From Balanoglossus misakiensis (taxonomy: Eukaryota > Animalia > Hemichordata), in assembly GCA_040954595.2 (NCBI GenBank), contig CM082586.2, positions 5,690,509 through 5,754,508 on the forward strand: DNA of 64,000 nucleotides, read 5' to 3'. A program made the position numbers and the translations under genes. The notes beneath the pieces are model-generated. The model had not been told where the DNA came from. It ran no database searches and worked only from the letters and a program-made list of their open reading frames with translations. Within the stretch, counting starts at the first letter, position 1, and the number at the start of each line of letters is the position of its first letter. Positions 1 to 10,300 of the stretch are shown piece after piece.

Positions 1-1940
1 CAACCAGCATCGCGTTGACACTCTAAACTCTTTGTGACCTTTGGTGAAATTAAGAATGAGAATAAACTGGTCCATGCAATGGTACTCAGACCTTTCTTGT
101 AGTATACATATTACATTGTGACTAGCAAATATTCTTCCATTGGTGTGTCCAATAATCCGACTCCGGAAACACAAAATTTGAATTGCATAAACTAAAATAA
201 CAATTTGGTGTTGGCGATCTGTTGCGACTAAACAGAAAAGCTAACCGGAAGCACCATAGTCCAGTTGCTAAGAGCAGAGAAGGATTGTGGGTTTGAGCCT
301 GGCATGGTGTGGAGAGCTTTCGCTTTTTAAAAATGATATAAAGCAAACAAATTATATGTCGTCATGAATACCCCGCGAAATCATAAATAACGGTCGACAG
401 CCATTATGTTACTGTCACAAAATTAATGCCGGTATGGAAAGACGAACAATGGACTCTAATCATGATAGTCATTAATTTTTGCAGACGACGGTCGGTTAAT
501 GTGCCTTGTTGAAAGGCATACACAGTTGGGCATCGGTGTGATGACGGGAAATGCCCTAGTGATGATTCATATCCATGGTTTGATTATATGTCTGAGATTT
601 TTCCTTCGCACAAATACTACCGGTGGATAATTGCACCACAGAAGCAGAATGAGGATAAACATGCCGGTATCTATTCCGCCAACAAAACTCGCAAAACAAC
701 ATCTACATGCACGTGCCAAGCGCCTAATTCAAAATATTTGTTTCACACAACACTTTAATACCCCACTATGCTATACTATACTTTGTGTAATAACCCCCAT
801 AATCAGAAATATTTGAAAAAAGTGAGCGACTAATAGATCAAAATATGCACCTCATGATGACCTTCACATTGGTAAAGTTGTGGCTTCAATGAAAACTTAA
901 AAACCGCTGTTGCTATTTATACCAACACAAAATCGTAAAAAATTATATGCAGTCAACTGTATTGCATTAAAATATATTTGATCACGCTATGCGTACAAAA
1001 TTCACACTCCATGGACTGATGTTTGCGTGTACCGTATCACCCAAATTTCACAGGTTGCCTGTTGGCTTCTTTGAAGAATCTGGTACCTCTGGTGGTGGCA
1101 GTGGTGTCTGGGGAAAATGGGTATCTATACCCGTCTGCCTAAAATTATCTGGTATATGTTCATTGTATGTGCTCACTCCTATTCATAAATGAATGCTATG
1201 CCATATGCCCAGCGCGTTGCCCTTTGATCTGCAATTATTGAAAATAAAACGTGGGACCTTCTTTTGTTCTTATTCTAATTTTGACATTTATCCGAGCCAT
1301 CGACGTTGTTTGTGGCTTATCACGCTTGCTTACTCCTAATGCAATGTGTTCAATTGTGCATAGCAACAAAAACACATTGTATTTTGTGTGGGTTCATACC
1401 AAACCATTAATTGAAACACGTCATATAACGGCTCTATAAAACAAATATTATATTTAATTTCCAGTTAATGAAAAGTTCACTCTCGCCAAGTGCATACGGT
1501 AGGCGAATTTGGAGATAAATTTATTGTGGGCCAAAACCAACAACATCCAGTGAAATTCACAATATGTCGATTGATACCAAGCGACACTTTACACACGAAG
1601 CATTAAACGCCCACACTTTATATAGAACACACACTATTGATTTATTCAGGGAAACACACAAACGTTGATGTCAATAACTCCACCCCTATATCTAATATGT
1701 TCTCAAACAAATGGGGAAACTCTTTTGTGTTTTCGTAGCACGTTGAACCAGCCAGTCATTTTCGATTGAATTATGCCATTTAACGGAGTGTTTAAATCAA
1801 ATCACACGACCAACACTAACTGGCACTGCGGGTAGGAAAATGCAAGATCGTGATGATGATGAGTGTTTGGTAGGATTCTGCGATATAAAATATAGGGTGC
1901 AAAGACATGTATGTATAGAACTGTGACATGTCTGATATGT

Positions 1941-2000
1941 TAGAAAAATGGGCAAAATATAAGCAAACACTAGAAGAATGGGCAAAATATAAGCAAACGC
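1941..2000. repeat. 30-bp tandem duplication, 2 copies
   Basis: tagaaaaatgggcaaaatataagcaaacac / tagaagaatgggcaaaatataagcaaacgc; 2 mismatches. Confidence 0.9.
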
Positions 2001-5000
2001 AATTCAAAAGCGACGTGATATTATTTTGACATTCTAAATTTACCCACTGAAACCGGGATATTCCGAATCAGACAATTGACTGATGGGATTATACGGTATC
2101 CTTAAATACTTGCTTGAGATTCTGTTCCTAATAATTTTACTACAAAAGAAATTTATTTTTTCCATCGATCCAGTCGCATTCGCAATATTGGAACATTGTG
2201 AACTATATGTCTGTATGTATTAAAATTTTATCTGATAGTGATAATACATGGTTATTGCCAACCTGCTTTAAGATTTGTGTATGTACAACTTGTTGATTTT
2301 CTGCCAGTCCAAATGATTGACCATCTGCCGGAATGAATGTCTTTCAAATAACTATTGCAGTTTTTGTTGACATGGAGCGTAACAGGATCAATTACATGCA
2401 CCTGCTCTGTTAGTGAGAGCAAATGTAAAGTCAAAGATGACACAGGTCAGAAAGGCAGCCTGCCTGTCAGCTCAATTCCTGGAACATCAGGACACTGTAC
2501 TTTGGGAGGTGTGGATTCAAGCAACTCTTCCTTAACAGGTTTTTTCTTGTATTGGCAACTTCCAAATGGCTCGTGCATCAAAGGGAACCAAATAAAATGG
2601 AAATGTCCATATTAAGTGTGTCAAAATTGAGCTGATTTTGCAACAACTTTGATCGAGGAAATTGGAGTTTCCAAAATTAATAAGTGCCCTTTGTGGTGTT
2701 AATTTGATTATTTAATCGTTAATAAGGTGTTCATTGTGATTGATAATTACAGTGCAGTATTATGGCGTAAATTGTATTTTTCAAATAGTTAGGTGGTTGG
2801 AGAGACATGTTATTCTGAGATTTTTACCATGAGTTATTATCCATATTCAATTAAAAATCCAAAAACAGTGCACACAATCTGGTTCGAGACACTAAATAAA
2901 ATAGCAACCATTATGATGTTCGGTTTTGCTTCACCTTTACCGGTATATTCATCACTGCATGGGTATGGAGTCTAAATTTATCAGGTGATCTTCAGATCGT
3001 CACTATAATATAACCGGGCTACTGTTTACTTTGGGGCTACAGGCAGTGAATTTTATGCAAGCTTGTGATGTTCTCACTGACAACAAAGTAATGTACCGGT
3101 ACGTGCATGTGCCATTGTGAGAAAAAAGGGCAACGCCCTATTTTGACTGGAGTAATAGTGTTGAATGTACGGTATAGGACTAAACCCATGGGTGTAGCAC
3201 TTCTTCGGTGAATGTGGTCCATATTTGATTTAATCAGGATATGCCAACTACAAAGACCAGATGCTGATGCTGATTAAGTAAATGTCGTCATTTTGTGTCA
3301 GAATGGGGGGTATCCATACTGTGTGTCCGGAGATAAATTTAGCAGGGTACCAGTATTTTTTTTATAAAACGGTAAGACGTAATTTATGGTAATTATTTTT
3401 GAAATCATTGTTTAGTTTGTACATTGTGTGTGTGTCATTTAATATTCTTATTGAATAAACGTATGTTAGCAGATGTCATGAAAGCTTGAGAAAGTCAAGA
3501 TACTTAAGAAATGGGCTTTTGTTTGATGGCAACAATCAATACAGGTGTGTCCATTCCTCATATGTCTTCATCTGTACACTACACGGTTGTTTGCTGTTCA
3601 TGGCCTATCCATTACCTAGCATGCATCCTTTAGTCTCAACAGATACAATAATTCAGTCACTTATAAGATATGCCATCTAAATGTTTGCGAGAGGGGGGTT
3701 ATATGACAAAATGGCTTCGAATGGCCATATCCAATTATCTGTTGATCGCTGACCAGTCATCTAAGCGATAACGATGGTGTTTACACTTTTCCGACAATGT
3801 TGATTTCTTGAGTACACCTGGTGTTATGTATAACCAGCTGAAATATCTTTGTACTTCGTGAACAATACTGGTAATATCAACTGTTTACCTGCTTGGAAAT
3901 GGATATGCCGGCCTCGTCACAATGATCGCAGATGTCATTCACGTAATATTTTGTGGGTGCTTAATTTCAGTCATTGCTTTCTTTTTCAATAAAACTCGGC
4001 TAAACACATCCATCATCGATTGTTAGTTTTGCTTGCACGTCACAATGGCTACGTTTGCACACTGTGAATGAAATGGGTTAATAAATTTCTGGGGTCAAAT
4101 TTCTTCCGGAGTGACAAATATGAAACGTAGCTATGTCTATGACTAAAATGATCCATATTAAACTGAGTCTGAACGCTTATTGAATGTTGTCTGAACGCAA
4201 TGACAGAATCAGTGAATATACCCACATAAAATTTCAAATAATGACAAGGAAAGCATTGTCGAATTTGAGGGAAAATTTTGCTCAAATATTACGTTTTAAA
4301 TAAAATGTGTAATAATATGCAATTATTATATGATACAACATATGTAGCCTGAGACTCAGCAAGTGGCAGGCCTGTGTGGCTAATCTTTTCTCTTGTTAAA
4401 AAATACTGAGATCTACTATGCGAGTTAAAATATAGTAAATTTGGTACTCACCCAACTGCATGCAAAACGAGGCAGTAAATGTACATGTTCACAACACGGA
4501 AAGCTAATTCCATATTTCCAGTTGACGGTAGCTTTTACGTGTGGTTGTCATTCACAAATGGATTCCACCAACCCCTTTTCACGTCAGTGTTTGTTCAACG
4601 GCCCATCGAGCGAGGAAGAATTTCATATTAATCTATTTGACGCACTGAGCGTTATGTGCCACTAAGATTACTAATTACCATCGCGAGTGATATTGGAACG
4701 GTCAAATGTTTCCCTGCTGTCTCGGTAGAAGTCAAAGGTCACGTGACGTACCGTACTGCCATCACTCCCATGTCGTCACAATTTTGTCACTTTGAATGGT
4801 TGTCGTTAAAGCAAAGTGTGATGATAGACTCGCTCAGTCACCTGACAACCTGTCGCTGATTTTCGATATTGATCACACAACCAGACAAGGCCCTCCGTAA
4901 TATTCAAATATTTATGTTGATTTTTTGGCAGTATACTGAATAAGTGAATCAAGGTTTGTTTGTTACTCCCCAGCCATATTATTTTACAACATTTCTAAAA

Positions 5001-6109
5001 AAATATGCAGTCAAGGCCACAGGGTTCACACACCGGTAATTCACCTAAACAGTTAATATTTTCTAAGTGAACAACCACTGTAACCACCACAAAACTTGTA
5101 AGTCGTTTCACTTTGCTTGCTGTCACATTTTCAGAAATAAAATCATAGAACTAAACTCACGAAGTAACCAGTATGGCATTGAACTTGAAAAACGGACTGT
5201 TCCAAATGCAGTGTTGGGCGATGGGGGCGCTGTACAGTACTTTCCGATGGACTGTGTATATCAACACCAAAGATTGAAGCTGTCAATCTCATTCATGCGG
5301 GTGGTCTGTTGAGCGTCTGTATGTGCATGGATGTGCCTGAGTATCTGTATTCTAGTAAAATAAGACACTGTGGCCCGAATCGTCTTTGGAATTCCTCGTT
5401 TTCTATATTGTCAGAAAGATTGTTTAGTTTCACAAATGGAGTAGCATTTACAAAATACAAGATGACAGAATTATATTCATAACACTCCATAATGCTGTCA
5501 AGCAAAAATAGTGATGAATTAGGCTAGGCCTGTAACAATGTGCCAATATGATCCTTGGACTGATGAGAACTACATCATCATTGTATAAACAAGGGAACTG
5601 CTTTTGTACTTTGTGGAATACTTTAATGATAATAAAATATACACATCTGCCAAATTCAATGGTGGGTGGGTACACAACAAGTCTAAAAACATTATTGTAC
5701 AGTATACATTACCTACTCGTACTCGCTAAACTTCTCATTTCTGCTACATGTTGACCTTAAGTTCTTGATTGTTGCCTTTAGAGATATAGTTCCCATATTT
5801 GGGCCTATATTACATATTGAAAACATTGGAATAAAATATCACGAAATCGGCTCAGTCAATTTTTTTGACGTTTTATTTATTTTCTTAAAAACTTATCCCT
5901 TAAAAATCGGTACTAAATCTATTGAATTGGTCAAGATACAGGTTCTGAACGTAAACCTCATTCATGACAAAACAGAACACATTCTATGCTCCTATAGATG
6001 ACGTCTAAGATTGTCTATAATAAGTGTGTCAGGTATAGTTTATGTTTTCATGAAATGCCCACCCATTCATAGCAGATCAACAGGCAAGATGCAGATGGTG
6101 CTGTACTCA

Positions 6110-6115
6110 TTTATT
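6110..6115 (-). promoter_or_regulatory. Candidate polyadenylation signal AATAAA (alternatives: ATTAAA 6574-6569, AATAAA 5877-5872)
   Basis: First canonical hexamer I found downstream of the stop, about 1 kb away. Motif evidence only. Confidence 0.3.
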
Positions 6116-7102
6116 GGGCGTATGGAGTATAGCATGGCCGCAACAATGTCTATTGTATAGTAGTATTAATACTAATGAGGTGTACGTGATGTCTCCGTGT
6201 TCTACAAAGTCCTTCATTACGGTTACACTCAATTTGGCATCTCAGACCTCGGCACTGATATAGTAGATGTGCGCCCTCTACCTATGAGGGCGAAATTGTG
6301 ACCAAGTTGCCGGGCAACACTTTCTATGTACCTCTGGAGAATAACATCATGGCACGTGAGTCTGGGTTTCACTATGTGACAGAAATCCAGGTTTGCCTAA
6401 ACTATGCATAGTAAAATGCATGAATGCTGATTTGTCTGCTGGATAAGGAACTTACATGTATTGACATTGCATTCAACAGATGCTTGCAACAACTTTGCAG
6501 TCGGAAAATCAGCTCGTAATGTAACATTCCTAATGAAATAACATCCTGCTACGTCACAAGCATCCCGGTTTAATTTACGTTTCTGTAAATAGGCCATGAT
6601 TTTGGAGAGACGTCGAGCGCTAAGATATTCACGCATGAGAGTGGTGATAAATATTGAAAAGAAAGTTGTAAATCAAACATGTAAATAAACAAATAAATAT
6701 TAATAGATGATGATGTTGATGGTGCCATGTGCATGCCTGCAATCCTTGGAAGATGACATGACCAAGACTTAATATGGATAATGTCTTCATAGAAAGGTAA
6801 AAAATGACCATACACCCAAAGGTTCTATTTTCAGACGGTTCCGACATACGTCATCAGCTTTTCGCATTTGAAGTTCAAGGTTTCACCAAATTCTATGACG
6901 AGGAAAGTTTTTTGTCAAGAAAGTTATTCTTTTTTCCCAGCATAAGTAGTAGACATTTTGCTCTGACGACACATTTGAATAGCTGTCCCCGTCCGTCATC
7001 CTGTGGTCCAAAGAAATGCTGTCCTCAAATGTTGCTCCTAGCGTACAGCGTACATGTACGCTACACGTTCACATGGACTGGCAAAATGTGGTGCCACTTT
7101 CG

Positions 7103-7372
7103 TTAATCTTTGTATGGTTCCAGTAAAAACTTGTACCAGTACACTATGTTGAATATTATAAACGAGGCTGGGAAGAAAATGCGGCATACATGATCTATCA
7201 TAATAGCACGGTCCATGAAATCTTTCCTCGGTGAAATGTTGAACCTGACGGACGATTGGACATCGTCAACGCTACTCTGTCGTGATGTCAGGGATTTAGA
7301 TTCGCGAAAAGGTAAGCCGTTTGTTGCCAGTTCCGATCTGCTCATGTTTCTGGAGGACCAAGGCGGGATATC
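7103..7372 (-). CDS. Coding exon 9 (270 nt including stop): rest of the intracellular loop, M4 and C-terminus
   Basis: Acceptor tcttcctatttcag|GAT. M4 IDHVCRIFFPASFIIFNIVYW. TAA at 7105-7103. Confidence 0.93.
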   Translation of the reverse strand, partial: DIPPWSSRNMSRSELATNGLPFRESKSLTSRQSSVDDVQSSVRFNISPRKDFMDRAIMIDHVCRIFFPASFIIFNIVYWYKFLLEPYKD

Positions 7373-10300
7373 CTGAAATAGGAAGATAAAGTCCATTGTT
7401 GCCACAACATGCACATAAGCCATATTTCTGTATACATGTACGGTGTAAAACTATGAATTGAACAGATGTTTCAAATGTAAGATGCCAAAACAGAATGGTT
7501 TGCTTTTTGTGTAACACGTGTCTCTGACCCGAGACGGCTAGCTGGATAATACAAAGTCATTAAACTCAACTTATTGATCGACCGAGGAATGTGATTCTGT
7601 GTCAAATGCGTGCGGACGCCATGTATAAGGATGATTCATTATCTTAAATATGGAACTGCATTGGAAAAAATCAACTACATTGCACAAGATTTTGCACATG
7701 ATAGCAAGCAGTTCTAATATCTTGAATTGGGTTGTGGTAACTGAAAGAAGGGATGTCTCTTCAAGTCGATACAGCCTGTTATGGTGAATTTTGCACAGGT
7801 CTGATTTGCTGCCTTGTCATTATTCGGTGGAGCGATTTGTACACACAAGATGATGCTTGATTTTTTCAAGTGACCACTATATGTACATGTATTTTATCTC
7901 CCAGGTCAAAATTGTGTGGTTTACTTACTGCTTTAATAACGGTATTGTATACCCAAGTATTCGGAAAATGCCATGCTCTGAATTTCAATCTGACAACGAA
8001 AAGCTACATGGGGCCCTCTAACGTGCTACGAGAACTTTTAACTATATTTACATGTTGTCTCATGGTCGACTTCAGAGCTTTTCTCGAAGCCCTCTTTGCT
8101 CGCTGCAATGAATACTGTCCCTGTTCCCAGGCGTGCATATAGTAGACCAACGCAAACTCAATCAGTGTGGCGAAGACAAAAACTTGACAGCTTACGAGCC
8201 AGATGTCGATTGCCTGGGATGGTTGATTGAAGAGAGGGAAAAGGGCATATTATGTATGTTTCTTAAACGCCAACATCATCTACCGGTATATCATTCATAC
8301 ATAGAGATTTTAATTGGTCGTCTAATACTGGATAGACTGCACCCTTGTTCATTACAGCTGAAACACATGCATGCAGACTGTCATAATGAGAAAAAAACTT
8401 GTCTTCGAACAGGGCCAAAGGGTAGCATAATAGGCGGAAGACCATCAGAGTAGTAAATGACAGATATGAGGTATTTTCCCATGCATGAAGTGAGTCGTGA
8501 GGAAATTATCAAAGCGAACATCTCCGAGGAATTATTATTGATAGGTGAATGTCGTACTTACGGTTACATATGCAATCTTGGGCAACTGACTTCGTATCCA
8601 TGTCCCTTGCGTAACTAGCGCCAGTACTGTCGTGATTCCCAGTGAAACACGCGCCGGAGCAGAAGTGATTTCCATCCAGAGTGCTAGCCATGACAGAACA
8701 ACGAGCAGAATACTTGGGATGTAGGCTTGCAACACATAAAATCCGATCTGACGAACGAGCCTGAACCGCACTTCTACTTGTCCAAAGTTTCCTAGAAATA
8801 ATCGCGAGGGCAATTTGTGAAAATGGAGAACACATACCAGTGAATAGATTAAACAAATGTAATTGTTTTATTAGTAAAAATACATATCAAATGTCCAGAG
8901 GTTGGGTGGTTAATGTAGCAAATTAGTAGCATTGGACCTACTGGCATATAGTTCATTTTGACTATTTCACATTTGTTAATTAGCATTTGACAGTATTGAC
9001 ACTGAAGGTTACCTGTGAGATACTTCCCCAACTTTTCGATCGCCACAAAGTCATTTATGGAGTACTGAGGCAATCGCACCGTTTCGTCTATCACCACCGC
9101 GTCGTCTGATAACCATTCCAGCGTCATGTCATTGGTCGCATACGAAACTGCCAATAATGGAAGAAAACAGAATTTCAATAGACAATTTTTCAACCTCCAC
9201 AAGATTTCGCGTGGCTAGGCAAATTACATGGGGAAATACTAGTACAAACAACATATCATATGGCCAATCGCATAAGGTTAAAACTCTGCTGTAAGTTTCA
9301 TACAAAGCTAGATTGTATTACTTGGCTGCCAACCCATTTGCACAAGTCTCGTGAGGTCTCGCAATGACCGGAAAATCAAATATTCCTATCATACATAGTG
9401 ACGTTCATCTGGTAGTCAAATTCTTTTACTCCAGGCGTTACCATGTAGTTAGCCACTCAGTTACACATCCATTTTCAAATTATAAAAAGTACCTCATAGG
9501 AATACTGAATAAGGGATTTCCAAGTGTTCTTCTATTTACATATTGGATAGAAAATTGCTTAAACATGGCACCTTTCTGATCCAAGTCACTACTCGACAAA
9601 GGGATGTTTATTGCAGAGTTATATTGGCCTTTATTGGAAAATTGGTGTACTTACAAGACTCGATATTGATAATGCATATCTGTTGGTCCATAGGGAAGTA
9701 TCGGAGATCCATGTGACATGAAAGCTTGACACTCATCCTGCGAAACATTTAAATGAGAATAGGAACAAAATAGACGTTAGTAAATTGCGTTTTCGGCCTA
9801 CCCAGCCTGATTTTAATGTGAAAGCGCCCTTATTATTGAAATCCCTATGTTGTACACCAATTCAGTGTTTCTCATGGTAATCTTCACGTATGTTGAAGAT
9901 AAAGCACTCACTCTCATTATCCGCACTGCCGCTGGCTACGCGATTTGGCTGACAATGCTCCAGTTATTCAGCGTTGCGCGTCAATTTATTTCGTCTTCCT
10001 GTTCCGGATTTGAGATCTCAATTCTCAAATCCCATCCTAAAAACCGCCTTCAGCCATCCAACTTTCTCAATTTGGCCTTTTTAATATGAGTCGCCCTTCA
10101 TCCATAAATAGCCGTACACAGTTTGACATGAACACGTGCGGAATGAATTAATCGGTGGATTCAAATTCATATCCTTCCAATCTCTTTTTTCAGGGGGTTT
10201 CTTTCACAGAGCTTACTTCCACCTTCTTTTCTGCACCGAGAAATCGTGAATCGCGTGTAATTACCAGCTTTAAAAGAAACGGCAATATATGCAAAGCCCC

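Noticed and set aside
1941-2000. 30-bp direct repeat as a CRISPR array
   Set aside because: Two adjacent copies, no spacer, no cas genes, eukaryotic context.
4729-4741. DR1-like nuclear receptor motif AAGTCAAAGGTCA (similar at about 41768)
   Set aside because: Isolated motif hits with no further support; they may be repeat-derived.
7929-7989. 61-nt cassette exon in intron 8 (ttttcgttgtcag| ... GCA|GTAAGT) as an extra coding exon
   Set aside because: In the required phase 0 it contains TAA, and its length shifts the frame. The open frame would need a phase-2 upstream donor, and no credible one exists.
7870-8856. ORFs 7870..8142, 8133..8453 and 8509..8856 (also 12932..13147 and 23377..23619)
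   Set aside because: Antisense or alternate-frame shadows of real channel exons.
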